The notes beneath the pieces are model-generated. The model saw only the letters and a list, made by a program, of their open reading frames with translations, ran no database searches and was not told the DNA's origin. A stretch of DNA of 64,000 nt from Podarcis tiliguerta. Lineage: Eukaryota. Position numbers and translations under genes: made by a program. Of the stretch, positions 13,752-27,159 are shown piece by piece. Positions within the stretch are counted from its first letter, which is position 1. Every line of letters begins with the position of its first letter. The stretch lies in NCBI GenBank assembly GCA_965153285.1, contig OZ229110.1; one strand, given 5' to 3'.

Positions 13752-16700
13752 CCATGAAACTACAAATGTGCCTATTTTTAAATACTGTATCTGTTTTCAC
13801 TGAAGCTCCACTATGGCACTCCTCCACTCACTTTTGTATCATTTTGCTGCTTTATTGTGGCCTGCAGAAAGCAAAGAACTACCTATCACTAAAACCAATG
13901 AGGGTGTGTGTATAGAAAGTGGAATCCTCTTAAGGATCAGTTTTAAACCTCCTTTTTTTAACTTGCTCATTAATGACCTAGACTTAGAATTTTGCCGACA
14001 ATGGCAGAGGTTTTGAGAGGAGTCCCAAAGGCATATCTGCAAATTGCAGGGAACTTGTCATTAAAACTGCAAATGCAGTTGCTGCTGCTGCTGTTTTTAT
14101 TATTAAATTTTTAACCTGCCCAATATAAGCAAGTGTAGATCAGTGCACATTTGGGCAAAAAAAGCCTCATTTATTTTAACTATATTTATTTATTTAAAAA
14201 TTATAAACTGTTCTACATTCAAATAATAAGTGGTACAGTATATTAACACGTGTCACAGATGTACTAATGGGATCCAAACTGGCAGGGACTGACCAAGATG
14301 GATAGGGCCTGAGGCACTGGATGGGTTGTGCAGGTTTGAGGTACAACATAGCTCGTTCAACCTGTGCAATCCACTAGCGCAGACATAATTTTCTTTCTTC
14401 ACATAGACATTTATTGCTTCACTACTAGTTTTCTTCTCCCACCCCCCACCTCTGTAATGCTTCAGAAACTGGCTGCGCTTCTGATCAAGTTTCTGGAGAG
14501 GGTGCTGCAGCCATCCTGCCAGGTCACCTGTTTGGAAAGCATACGGATCCTGTCCCGAGACAAAAGCTGCCTTGGCCCTTTCACAACCATGGAAGGCCTG
14601 AAGACGCTGGCCAGGCACGCGGGGATTGATTACGCAGAAGAGCAGATTCTGGAGGTTCCCGACCTTGAAGTGATCCTGGAGGCGCTGAAGTGTCTCTGCA
14701 ACATTGTCTTCAGCAGTCCCCGGGCTCAGGAGCTGACCTCCGAAGCCCGGTTCGTGGTGGGCCTCACAGACCGCATCAAACTCTACAACGAGAGAAACCT
14801 CCCGCACGATATCAAGTTCTTTGACTTGCGCCTTCTCTTCCTGCTGACGGCGTTGAGGGTGGACATCCGGCAGCAGCTTGCGCAGGAACTCCGTGGTATC
14901 GGCCTGATGACAGATACCTTGGAACTCACCCTGGGAGTCAAGTGGCTGGACCCTCACGAGGTAGCTGCTGAGGGGAACCCTTCTGCTCCTTTGCCTCGGC
15001 AGGAGGTGGAGCGTGCCATGGAGATCCTGAAAGTGCTCTTCAATATCACATTTGACACCAGCAAGAGGGAGGTAGATGAGGTAAGACACTCAGAGGGAGC
15101 TTTTCGTAGCTCAATTTTGTGATGTATTTCTGTTTTTATGTACCTGTTTCTTTCATCCATGATTCCTGTGCTTATAGACACCATTTAAGAAAGGAAGGGG
15201 GCAAGTTGCCTTAGTTCACCCCCTCCCTGCATTTCTGACTTGTTCTGTGGGAGCACCTATATATTTGGTCAATTCTGCTCATGCCCACTGGCTGACTCTT
15301 GTTATAAACAGGCCTATTTATCAACACAGAAAAGCACAAATTCCTGCACACTCGAAGCCAATAAAAAAGAAAGGCTAAATGAATGAAAACATTCATTTCT
15401 AAAATGTGTTTACTTCCACGATCCTGATCTAAAACATAGTAACATCAGATATTTTACAATCTGTTGGAATCTATTTTTCAGCAATGCATGGCAACTCAAG
15501 AAAGAAAGCCTAGTATTGTGGGTGTTGAGGTGTAAGCAGCAGTGTTGGCAGTGTCTGTTTACTAACTAAATGCGGATTAAAACCTAGCAGATCAAGCTAT
15601 TTAAAAATTCAGAGTCTCTCTCACTTTCTGGATTAGTAATGAACTGTGAGCTCAGGGAGACTTGTGAAGGATATAATTCCTGCGTGTATATTTTATACTA
15701 TTTATTTATTTCATCAAATTATATACAGTGGTACCTCTGGTTATGTACTTAATTCATTCCAGAGGTCTGTTCTTAACCTGAAACTGTTCTTAACCTGAAG
15801 ACCACTTTGCATCATTTTACATTGTGGGGAAAGAGAAGGAAGAATGCAGCTTAGACAAAATTGTGGGACCATAATCAAGACACCCAGAGAGAAGGATAAG
15901 GGGTCAAGGGAAGAAAGAAATGCTGAATGAAGGAGTCTCGTACTCCTTCATTCAGCCCTACTTTGGTTACTATGCCCACATTTCTCCACAAAATGGTGCC
16001 AGGAACTCTCTTGTTAAGGGCTGTATTCAGAGCAGGGTACTTCAGCGATGCACATTTTTACTTTCCTTGGGCACAGTTTTTCTTTGGACTAGAATTCCAT
16101 TCCATTTTGAGAACGTACTGTAAAGCGTAGCTTTTTGCAACCAACAGACTGTGCACAAGAGAGAGATGTTCCTTTCTCATAATCAGGCTTTTCATTGTGT
16201 TTTGGGGCCAGGAAGATGCTGCTCTGTACCGACGCCTGGGTGCCCTCCTCCGTCACTGCCTGATGATTTCAGCAGATGGTGAAGATCGGACAGAAGAATT
16301 TCACAGGTGATTATCCTGGTGAAAAGCTTGGATTGGCTGGGAAAACAAAAAACATTATCATGACCGCCATACAGCTTGGGTATTCAAGAATCTGGGGGTC
16401 AGGTCTATTTGACACAGTTAGTACCTAAGAACTTTAGTTGCTGATACTGATTGATATAGTGCTACCTGCACTTCTGTACAGGGGGGGCGGGGGAGTGTGC
16501 CACACCGGGTACTATTTGGAGAATGGGTGCCATTGTGGCTGCCCCCGGGGACACGCAACCCTGGGATGTGCACCACGCCCCCGCAGACAACGCCCCACGC
16601 CCCCGGGACACGCACCAGCCATGCCCACGCCTGTTCTCTGCTCCAGGGGCTGCCGCATGTTGCTTCGCCACTGGCTACTGGTGGTGGTTGTTGATGATGA

Positions 16701-19700
16701 TATAGTACATGGCACTTTATAAATAATTAGTTTGATATAATCTAAAAATGGACATCAGAAAACAGCAAAGGAAGGGAAGAGAAAATTGAGGCAGTACATG
16801 GGAGAAGTAAATTCTATTGTTAAATGTTCTCAGGAGTGTTTATAGTCTTGCCACGATACCAAGGCAAGGATAGTTTTGGGTCTTGTTCCTGTGGTGCTTG
16901 AAAATTGAAATAAACTAGATTTTTGTCAGCTTTAAACAACAAAACAAAATGGTTCCTTGTTGATGTGGAGGCTACTTCCTTTGCATATTTTGTCTTGCAT
17001 TGCATGTTCAGCCACACAGTCAACCTTCTAGGCAATCTGCCTCTCAAGTGTCTGGATGTCCTGCTGGCCCCCAAGGTGCATCCGGGCTCGCTTGAATATA
17101 TGGGAGTCAATATGGATGCTGTCAATGTTCTGCTGGATTTCCTTGACCGACGTCTTGACAGGGTGGGTGAAAAGTTCCTCATTGCCTCACACCCACATTT
17201 ACTTCAGATTCTTTTCATGCAGCCAATGAAATACACTGTAATATTTATTAGAGAGGAAGGGGGAACTACAGAGTGTTACAGGTTTTGGTGCGTACCATGA
17301 ATTTCTTATACCATAAAGTTTCATCTGAGAAAAGGGATAGGTTATAAGGTATATCTACTCCATGGGTGGAGCCAGGATTTATTTTTTGTGGGGGGAGAGA
17401 CTTTATGTTGGGGGTCGGGACAGAACAGATATATCTGCAATGCAATTGGTCAGTTAGTTAAGTATTTCTATTTATTTATTTACTTCATTGGGGAGGGCAG
17501 CTGCCCCCTCACCTCTCTGGCTATGCCTATGATCTACTCCAGGCATCCCCAACCTGCGGCCCTTCAGATGTTTTGGCCTACAACTTCCATGTTCCCTAGC
17601 TAACAGGACCAGTGGTCAGGGATGATGAGAATTGTAGTCCAAAACATCTGGAGGGTCGAAGATTGGGGGTGCCTGATCTACTCTGATGATTTATTATGTT
17701 GCCTGCAGCTGAGCTGCCATTTACCTGCTCTGTTTCAGAGAAAGGAAACTAGTGTTTTTAGATCCTTCCATAATAAAAATTGTACTCTGCTGTATTTTTT
17801 CCCTACATGGGAAACAACATGGCTGTGATTATTATTACCACCTTCTTTTTTTGTGGGCTCTTCTCTAGGGTCACAAGCTTAAGGAGAGCCTGACCCCTGT
17901 GCTGAACTTGCTGACTGAGAGTGCTCGAGCCCATCGGCAGACCAGGAAATTCCTTAAAGCTAAGGTACTGTATTTAAATTACGTAGGATCCTAAGCAATA
18001 ATGCTTCCATTGATCCAGCAAAAATGTAAGGCAAGTCCCACCCATGCCATCATTCTGGAAATATATACTGTAGAAATACTGAAATTGTCACCTAAGGCTT
18101 TGTGTGATCCTATCGTTTTGAAAAATGCTTTGAATCCCTTGCTATGAGTGTGAGTGGGCATGTGTCTGCCTAATGTAAAAGTGGCAAAAGTCACCATGAT
18201 GGTTTCTGCAAAGATGTAGTGGCACTTTTGGAGCAATATTTACAGGGCCTTATGAAAACCAACGTAATAGGAAGGCCTTTTAAAATAACTCTTCCCTTTC
18301 CATGGGATTGCAGGTACTCCCTCCACTGCGGGATGTGAAAAATAGACCGGAGGTGGGGAACTTGTTGAGAAATAAGCTTGTGCGCCTCATGACTCACATT
18401 GACACTGATGTCAAGCACTGTGCTGCGGAATTCCTCTTTGTTCTCTGCAAGGAGAGTGGTGTGTGCCTTTCCATGTTCTATTTCATCTAGTGAAGGTTGT
18501 CTTGTAACATTGTATGTCTGACATTGTATGTTACAATGTCTTGTAACACTGACTGTCTGAAAACGCAGTTGAGTGAATAGACTGATCCATCCAACTTCGT
18601 AACTGCTGAAAGATTCATAGCACTGGGGTAGACAGACAGAATATGTTTTAATGGTGGCTTGGCTGCTAAGAGCTGAGGCAATTCACTTATGAGTCATAAG
18701 GCAAAATTACATATTGCCTGGGTAAGGGTGGAATGAAACAGAACCAAATAATTCACCCTAAACATTCACTGACTAGAGATACACTTAGGAAAGAAAAATA
18801 TTTGTTGTAAAAAGGGAGGGAATTCCAAACTTAAGCTTTGATAGCCACATACTTACATATTCTCTCTCAAGTTCAATCAAACGGCCTCGCTTCACAATTA
18901 AATCACTCTTTTTGCTGAATGTTAGGACAACGACAACAGTTTTTCCTTTGCAAAGTGACTGTTTCCCTCCAAATACATGCACCAGCCCATAGATGCCTAC
19001 AAGCAGTCCCATATGACATTTCACACATTTCTTCAAGTGTGGATATTATATTTGCTTGAGGTAAAAGCCATACAAATATCTTTAACGGTCAAAGAAGCTG
19101 GGTTCCCTGCTGCTACAGGGGTAAGGGGATTCCCTGGGCCTGTACAGCAGGTGGAGAGTGAGAAGCAAAAGAGGTGAAGTGAAGCAGCTCTGAATGTGAC
19201 TTACAGACTTGAGAGGCTTGCAAGAAATCCTTTCCTTAAAAGGTGGTCCGATAAGCAAGAGTCGGTTTTATGATCATTTGAATTCAGCAGTCTTTTCCAG
19301 ATTGTTTTTGTAGCAGCAGAAGAATATGACCCTTTTGCCTTTATTTTCCTCAACAGTGTCACGGTTTGTGAAGTACACGGGATATGGGAATGCTGCGGGG
19401 CTCCTGGCAGCCCGAGGCCTCATGACAGGAGGTCGGACAGAAGGAGAATACTCTGAGGATGAAGACACTGATACAGAGGAATACAAGGAGGCAAAACCCA
19501 AGTATGGACCCCCTTGTATGCATTGCTTCCTTAAGTATTGCCTTTTCTTCTACTTTTGGCACAAGTCCTTTTCTTGTTAACTTTTCCTCACTCAACCCAT
19601 TACTCATTTTTTTCTTTCCAACGTTCTTATTGGCATGATGTTCATTTCCCTGTGTTTAATACTGTGGTTATCTGCTTCCATGCCTAATGGCCTTATTCAC

Positions 19701-22700
19701 TGCCTGCCACGTCTTCACAGTTGCATGTCTACACCAACAGCTTTCCCCTATAATCTGCTGCAGAGAATCACAAACCTTTGTTTTGAACTCCATTTATAGG
19801 TGGCTGTATGTACGAAAGCTTCTCTGTCATGAAAGAGGTTCTGACTCCTCCCCACTCCCATTTATCTTGGTTGCTTTCTCTCTTCCTATCCCTTGTCCCG
19901 TTCCTCCCATCCCCTTCATTAGCAGATGATTCTCCCTTCTATTCCAAATATATACAGAATTTCCATCATTCACGATTAAATCCATCTTGCGGATTTCTTT
20001 GGTTAACTGTTTTATTAGCACAAACTTCACAATCCCATGTCAATGTTCTTTCCTTCTGCTACCCCTTCCCATTTTCCCCTGCTCATCATTTATATTGTGA
20101 TACATGTGAATGCATTTGCACATATAGAAAATTTATTAAAGTAGGGACTATTGAAATTCAGAGGAGGGAGAAGTGAACATTACTGGGAAAGGGGTGAAGA
20201 TAAGAACCTGGACAATGAGAGGGATAAGATTGAACTGAACTGAGTAAAGAGTGCTATTCTGGACACTTTGGGGATAGAGACACAAAAGCACCTTGTATTC
20301 TCATGTTAAAGGTGTATGTCTGTAATAGGCATGTGAATTAAAACACTAGATTGCTGGACTGCTAACCTCCTCCTCTTCCCCTGCTTCCACGATAACCAGT
20401 CCAAATGGGCATCAAAACTGCCATGCATGTCAGTAGGGGGATTGCCACAGAATCCTGTGCCATTTTCAATTTTTTAGTAGTATTTGGTTTTAGGTAGCAT
20501 GTAGTGTTGAAGAATGTTTGCTACATCTCTGGTACAGTCAACAGTCATTATGCCAGTGGTCAGTATATCTGCTTTTTAAATGAACATGCTTCTGCCTTCT
20601 TTCTGTGTGTTGTTGTTTTGACTGACTCGTACAGCATTAACCCTATAACGGGACGTGTGGAGGAGAAACTTCCCAACCCAATGGAGGGGATGACAGATGA
20701 GCAGAAAGAGGTTGAAGCAATGAAACTGGTGAACATGTTTGACAAACTCTCAAGGTACCATGAGATAGATTTATCTGGAAGTGGGTCAGCAGTTTGAAGA
20801 GCAGGCTAAAAGAGGTCAACCAGTTAAAATCAAAGGTTCTGAAATTCCAAGGACATTGTGACTTCAAACGAATAATTTCTGAATTGTTGAATTACATTTG
20901 ACCTCTTTTATCCTCCAAATCATTGGACTGTCTTAGATTGTGAGCTCCTAGGAAGGAGGGCTATTAACATCAAGAAAGGCCATTGAAAACAGCCACGAGC
21001 CTGTTAGGTAGCACAGGATATCAATATGATTTTGTCCATCAAGCCATTATGTGTTAATAGTCACTGAATGGGAATGAAATGGAACCAATTGTCTGAAAGA
21101 ATCAAAGGAGTGAAGTACTGCCCTGGCATCAGTGGTGGCTAATGGGGTAGCATTGCTTTCTTGGCTTCCCAATGCTGTGCATCACTGTGAGTTACTAAGA
21201 GGTGGAGGGGGGGCATGGCAGCAGGGAGCTCAGCACAGTGTGGGTGCCAATCCATGCACTGTGTCAAGCTCCCTGTTGGCTTTACTTCCTCTCATGGTAA
21301 CCAGCAGCTACACTGGATTTCCATCACTTGGTGACAGTAGGGCTTCACTCATTGCCTTCAGATGTGGTTGCTGGAATGAAATAGTGTGCATCTCATATTT
21401 AAAAAAGCATTTAGACTGTTTTGTAACTGCTAGTGGACGAGGAAAATTATATTGAACTTAGTGGCAAGCAACAGGAAGGCAATGACAGGTGACCATACCA
21501 AAAGGGTGCTGGTATTCTGGCCTTTTGACTACTGGAACTAGAGTAGCAGGGCTTGGAAAATGTTGACCATGTATCATTAAGTTTCTTCCTCAACAGTGAG
21601 GATTGGAAATATTTGTTATAATATTAAAGCAGAAATTTTCTAGAATCCTGAGGGGGAAGTGGAACCCAAAAATCAGTGCTCTAGGTGGCGGTTCATCTGT
21701 GCTGGAAAATGAACACCTTGGATAAACTGGGTGTGAATACTGGGAATAATGGAAATCTGCACCCTGGGGGATTGCACACCACTTGCCTACAGTATACATT
21801 TGAATGTCATCTCCACAAAGTTCATTCTGCAGGCTATGTAGTGATAACTCTGGCTAGCTGCTAGTAGGAAGTACTGTTGCAAAGGCAGATGGCAGCTAAT
21901 GCCACCCATTCTCCTTCCCAGCAGGCATTCACTCTACAGTAGTTGTTCATACATCATTTAAGAGTAGTGTGGGCAGGAGTCCAGGATCTACCTAAGGAGT
22001 TCAAATGACATCTTGCTGAGCAGCCGTCAGTCTATTTATGCAGATGCCCCATGTTTCCAGTGTGCATTAGACAGACAGAAATGCTAGTCTGAGCATTTCA
22101 TTAATGGTATTTCCACTACAATGTCACTTTCTTTTGCTGCTGACCTGGCCTAATCAGAAGGACCCCTGAGGCATTTTCCAGCTAGATTAGCGGAGAAAGA
22201 TTTTGGAGCAATCACTTCCTGGGTTTCCAGTGTAATTTTAGCATTGTTACAAACTTGCATTTGGACCTTAACTTCTCTGAAAATCACACCCTTATACTTT
22301 TCCAGGGTGTATGTCATGAAGGTTCTGAAAGGCTGATAATTAGCATTTGGTGCATGGCTAATGTGCCCTTTAACTAGTGATGAAGCCAAAAATAGAGCTG
22401 CAGTGCACCGTAAAATGAAGGAAAAGCCTTCATTAGCAAGCTAGTCTCCACATTTCCCACTGAGTTTCAAACAAAAAATATTTTCCTTTCAGTGGAAATG
22501 GTTCATCATATAAATTGATTTCAGTCAGAATGTAGGCAGTTCTGTTCAGGTTTCTGAGCATGAAAAACTGCTTTCTGGCTAAAAATGGAGAGTACATCCT
22601 TGCTACCCAAGAAATCTAAACAACACTCTTAGATTTGACACACTGATTATACAGTATTTCATTTACATTTGATTAAATGAAATCTACATTCTGATTGGAT

Positions 22701-23469
22701 TCATTTGTTGTTGCTTAGTAGTTTCTCCAGAAGACTGAAAAATGTTCTTCGTATTTGGAATTCACTGACCAAGTTCCCTTGATGGACTAAAAGGGCCCTA
22801 GGAGATAGAAAAGCAGTGGAAAAGTCATTCCACTTGATCCTTAAAGGTAGCTCAGTGACTGAGCACATGCTTTGCTAATGACACCAGATTCAGGTCCTAC
22901 AATCTTAGGTGCCTGAAAAGAAATCTGCCTAACAACCTGATGATCTGTAGATTGTTGGGTTACTGTAGATTGTCATATAAAACCAGTAGTAATTGAATCT
23001 CATCCGAAAGCTTCAAATTCTCTTCTAGAAATGTTAATAGAGCAACATCTGTAGTTGAGTAAATTTGTCCATGGTGTGAGTATTTATATTCTGGATGTGA
23101 GCCAAGCAGTGTCAGCACATGTACCAGATGCCAAACTGAGGGAGGGTTGGGGCTGTTCTTACTGGTGGTGGTATGTATGGCTATTTTATACTATTTCTGC
23201 TAGGATCAACAAATGAATTACATTTCTCAAAGTGGGCATACTACTGGTCTGTCCTTAATGTAGGCTTCTTTCTCTAAGAATGTTATCATGAGGAGCCCCT
23301 CACTGACTGTGCTATTTCTCCTTTCCATTGCAGACAGCGAGTCATCCAACCAATGGGGGTCAATCCAGATGGCAATTTAACGTCTCTCAATGTAACCTCC
23401 TTGGAGGATGCTGTCCATCAGATATCTGAGGAGAGGTTATCATCTGACTCTGACTTGGAATTGGACTGA
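7813..23469 (+). CDS. RIC8A: Synembryn-A / Ric-8A G-alpha chaperone and GEF, 10 coding exons, 544 aa
   Basis: Exons 7813-7896, 11965-12012, 14466-15080, 16212-16306, 17012-17162, 17869-17964, 18314-18458, 19357-19501, 20635-20754 and 23334-23469. All are GT-AG and phase-consistent, 1635 nt in total. Hallmark peptides: [53 protein letters not shown] (CK2 sites), NPITGRVEE. It sits between BET1L and SIRT3 as in mammals. Confidence 0.96.
9437..9707. mobile_element. Tc1/mariner (Tigger/pogo-like) MITE
   Basis: TA-flanked, with termini cagaggtacct...gaggtaccactg. Inverted relative to the copy at 11521. Confidence 0.8.
11521..11746. mobile_element. Tc1/mariner (Tigger/pogo-like) MITE
   Basis: TA TSD and TIRs cagtggtacctcaggtta / taacctgaggtaccactg. 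Confidence 0.85.
13332..13680 (+). mobile_element. Sauria SINE, full length
   Basis: tRNA-like head gggatgcgggtggcgctgtgggttaaacc with B-box-like ggtttgaatccc, 3' stem-loop agtcg-tcca-cgact and ACCTT tail. The 11-bp TSD ctgctgcagaa is at 13320-13330 and 13681-13691. Confidence 0.92.
13713..13749. repeat. (GA)n microsatellite
   Basis: Perfect dinucleotide run; it produces the spurious RERERE ORF. Confidence 0.95.
15726..15808. mobile_element. Truncated copy of the cagtggtacctc MITE family
   Basis: TA followed by cagtggtacctctggtta...ttcttaacctgaaactgttcttaacctgaag. Only one terminus is present. Confidence 0.7.
17361..17531. mobile_element. Non-autonomous hAT-type DNA transposon
   Basis: Imperfect TIRs catgggtggagccag / ctggctatgcctatg, flanked by the 8-bp TSD atctactc. 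Confidence 0.75.
17540..17675. mobile_element. Non-autonomous hAT-type palindromic MITE (URR1/MER5-like)
   Basis: TIRs caggcatccccaa / ttgggggtgcctg, internal palindrome cagatgttttgg...ccaaaacatctg, and 8-bp TSD atctactc. Confidence 0.8.
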
Positions 23470-24594
23470 AAAAACATTTCCTGTTCCTCAAAAACCTATG
23501 GACCCTCTATTCTCTCTCTGTAACAGGTGCTGTATCAGGAGACCAGTCCCAAGAAAAGACTTCCCATGGGATGGATCTCCACCGCCCAGAGTGGTATAAC
23601 ATCTGTTTCTTCTCTAGCTCTATAACACTCCTACCTTAGAGAGCTCTTTACAGCTTAGCTCTTTTGATCTGTTTTCCCTCTGTGTCCACAAGATTATTAC
23701 ACTCCGATTCCAGGTATTTTTGAACAGAAATTTCATGGAGGGAAGGGCAATCTCTTATTATATCATGGAGGTTTAGTAGCACTTAAGGGTGCTGTGAGTG
23801 CACTGCAGAGTTACTTGTATGGGACTAAAATGTGAAACACACAGGTGATATATATGTGTGTGTGCGTGTGCGCGCGTGCATTGATACTTGTGCAAAGCAC
23901 ATAATGCAGCAACCATACAGCGTGGTGGTGTTTAAAACACACGGATACTCTTGGCAAATGTAAATGTCTATTTGCATACACGACTGGGGCATATTAATAG
24001 AATATAGAAATGTGTGAACAATGAGAAGCCTGCATTTTTTTTACATGTGAAATGCAAGAAAGCATACTCCTGGAGGCATATAAGTGCAATGTGTGTGGCA
24101 ATCAGTCACATATTTTGGCAGTTCCTTTAAGACACATTACATGTGTATGGAAACATGCAGGTAAGGAAACGTGCATTGTTGAAATAGTATGTATATGTGT
24201 GGTATGTGTCCGTTATCTGAGATAATGTGCAAAACTCTGAGATATCCTTTGCTCACAGCGACATTAATGTTCGCGTTTGTTGATAATTTGGGGCCAGGAG
24301 GCCTCTAATCCCCACTATAACCTTGACACCATGCTCCTCTTTCTACCATGTTTAGTTTCTGGACTACTCTCACTCTCTGTGCTCTTCAGACAAAAGGCAG
24401 TGACCAACTGCTTAACCGCACTCTAAATCTGCTTCAGTTCCCCTATATCCACAGCACTCTGCATTCACCCTGTTATGTACCTTCATCCTGATCATAGGCT
24501 TTTCTGTTTAAAAAAAGCAGCCTCCATCTCCTACTTTGTTTCCAACTTTGCCAACAGTTTCTGAACTTAGCACAAATATAAAGATTTTCACTAG

Positions 24595-24600
24595 AATAAA
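24595..24600 (+). terminator. Probable RIC8A polyadenylation signal
   Basis: AATAAA about 1.1 kb after the stop codon, followed by a T/GT-rich tract. Confidence 0.55.
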
Positions 24601-25339
24601 TGAAGCCTTCAGATAACAATATGCGTGCATCTGTTGATTATTTGGGTGATTGTATCTGAGCAATTAGAAATTACATTTTTTGGCAATATAACCGTAGCCA
24701 AACTGGGAGGAGTCCAGTTATAGCAGTGTTGTACTCAAGCACAATGCCATGTGGGTGAGCAGTGGAACTTTCTGTGCTTTCAACAAACGAAACCTCACTG
24801 AGGCCATTGGTGTCTATCAGTCAGTCTGTAGTGATCACATATGTGGAGTATCCCGCCCATTGCATCGGACTGGATGATCTTCCAGCTGCCTCTGATTCTA
24901 GCTGTACTGTTTGAAAATGTTGGAAACTTTGGGTTATCTCCACAAACTAACATTGAGTACAATTATGACTCTTCTGCATACCCATCCTGCTAATATATAG
25001 TTAAAAGGTTATTAATCACTTACGTTTCAACACAATGAAACTAATTGAAGGTCTGCACATCAGACCAAAGGTCTGCCTAGTATCCTGTTTCCCAGAGTGA
25101 TCATCAGGCAATTGCAGGAAGCCCACAACCAAGCCTTCCCCTGTTGTTCATGTAGCCATCATGCCTTATGGCCATTGGTATTCCTTTTGTCTTCCTTGCC
25201 ATTAAAATAAAATTGTTCGGGGTCATTAAAACAAAGCTTATGAAGAATTTCAAAACGACTCTCCAAACTGAATGAAAGGGCAAAAGCAATTCAGTGGAAG
25301 CAAGTGTAAAATGATGTCTATCAGGACCAAAAAGTCAAA

Positions 25340-25690
25340 TTAAATTCATGTGTTCTAAACTGACAGTGACCAGGAACACCTTGGGGCTGTAGTGTATGGC
25401 TCCATGGAAGATGCTGCTCCACTGTGCTGCAGCTGTGAAAAAGGCAAATTCCATGCTAGGGAGCATTAGGAAAGAAGCTGAAAATAAAACTGCTGTTATA
25501 CAAATCTTGGGTGCAACAACATTTGAAATACTGTGTACTATACTGTTCTGGTTGCCTCACCTCAAAAACAATATTGTAGAGTTGGAAAAAGTTTAGAAAA
25601 AGGCAACCAATATGATGGAGGTACTCACATGTAAGGAAATGTTGCAGCATTTTTAGTTTGGTGAAAAGGCAGGTAAGAGGTGACAGTATA
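25340..25690 (+). mobile_element. CR1 LINE ORF2 fragment (degenerate)
   Basis: Translates as CAAAVKKANSMLGSIR...WLPHLKNNIVELEKV, typical of the CR1 post-RT region; frameshifted. Confidence 0.8.
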
Positions 25691-27159
25691 TAGCAAACAC
25701 ACACACACACTTCAGCAGGGCTGGTGATTCAAATGTCTCATTTGAATGGCTTATCCTAAATTCAAGAGCTTTCCAATCCAATATTTGAATCACACATTCA
25801 TATAAACAAATCTGTTAGCACATTCAAATTATCAGAAGCTCTTTGCAAAAATGGCCTTGCCGAAAATAGAGCTTGGGGGCGGGGGATCCAGCCTCTGAGG
25901 TTGATTGTAATTGGAGAGAAATAAGTAGAGTTCTTCAAATTGGGGGAGCAAACTAGTCACAATTCCTAAAAGCGGAGGGTAATCCTTGGCTTACATGCTT
26001 ATTGGATGGCACAACCACAAAGTTAATATTAAGCTACACACACTTGACATGTACAAAGTGGTGTTTGCATCTTCAAATGGTGATTTGAAGTTCATAAAGT
26101 AGCAGTACTAGATTTAATAGGTTCCACAATTTCAATGTTAATTCAGGGTAACACTACAAAAAACACTGTTCTAACCACCCAGAGCTTCCTTTCATCTCTT
26201 TGTCAACAATTACATAATGAAAGAAGAAACCCAGAAGCCCAGCATCTCTTTTAAACAGATAAAATCCTGTCATTCAAAGATGCTGAATAACACCCAGAAA
26301 AATGTCAGACAATTATGTGAATGATGCCCACAATACTTTTTTCCCCATTAAATGATTTCAAGGACAGAAAATACAAGTTTGGAATTTAAATACTGAGAAA
26401 TCTGCAGACAGAATATTGAGAGACTGCTGAAACATGCTTTTATTTTGACTAATTATTGCCACTCAATAAGTGTTTATTCAAGTTCAAACAGCAGCTTCAC
26501 TACACTTTTCATTGTTGTCATTTCTTGCTAGAATTGTAATTACACACACCTTATCTTTTCATGTTACATAAATGATACACTGCATAGTAATACATCAAAT
26601 TATTTTTAGAATATCAGCTTTCAGATTGATCTTCACAGAAGCTACAGCAGAAGACACACTGACTGAACAGTCAAACTTCTAAGCTTAGTTATTAAAGTTG
26701 GCCTAATCCAAATTCTTTCACAAGTTGGTACAATGTCAGATTCAGCATAACTGTGATGAATGCTATTGCAGCTAAGGCTACTAGTGCAACACCACAAGAT
26801 CTATGATGGTTTAGAAAACATTTGAAGAGTTTGTTTGGAGAAACAGCTTAAGAGGTGAAGTTTAATGGGAAGGAGCAGCTATAATGTACATCTTCATCTT
26901 CCACTCTGGTATCTAGAGCCTCTAAGCAAAAGCAAATTCACAACCTGCCATTTGATCATCATCTCCCAAGATCCTTCAGAGGGCATCCATGTGCAACTAG
27001 ACTCTCTGAATGATTTTTAGTTCTTCTAACCTACTGGGTGCTAGCACAGTGGAGAGCATATTTTCCTCCAGTTCTCTGCTCTTATTGCTGTAACCTTTGG
27101 CTGCAGTGAACAGTCCTTTAGGAGGTAAACATCATTTCCAACAGCAGGGGTCAGATTTC

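Noticed and set aside
14253-15089. 278-aa minus-strand ORF
   Set aside because: Antisense shadow of RIC8A exon 3, with no independent features.
16480-16675. GC/CpG-rich patch in RIC8A intron 4 as an internal promoter or exon
   Set aside because: It shows short ccacgccccc repeats and a transposon-like end (gcttcgccactg), with no compatible splice sites. Most likely a DNA-transposon remnant.
23848-23881. Alternating purine-pyrimidine tract in the RIC8A 3'UTR (Z-DNA potential)
   Set aside because: An ordinary compound microsatellite with no evidence of function.
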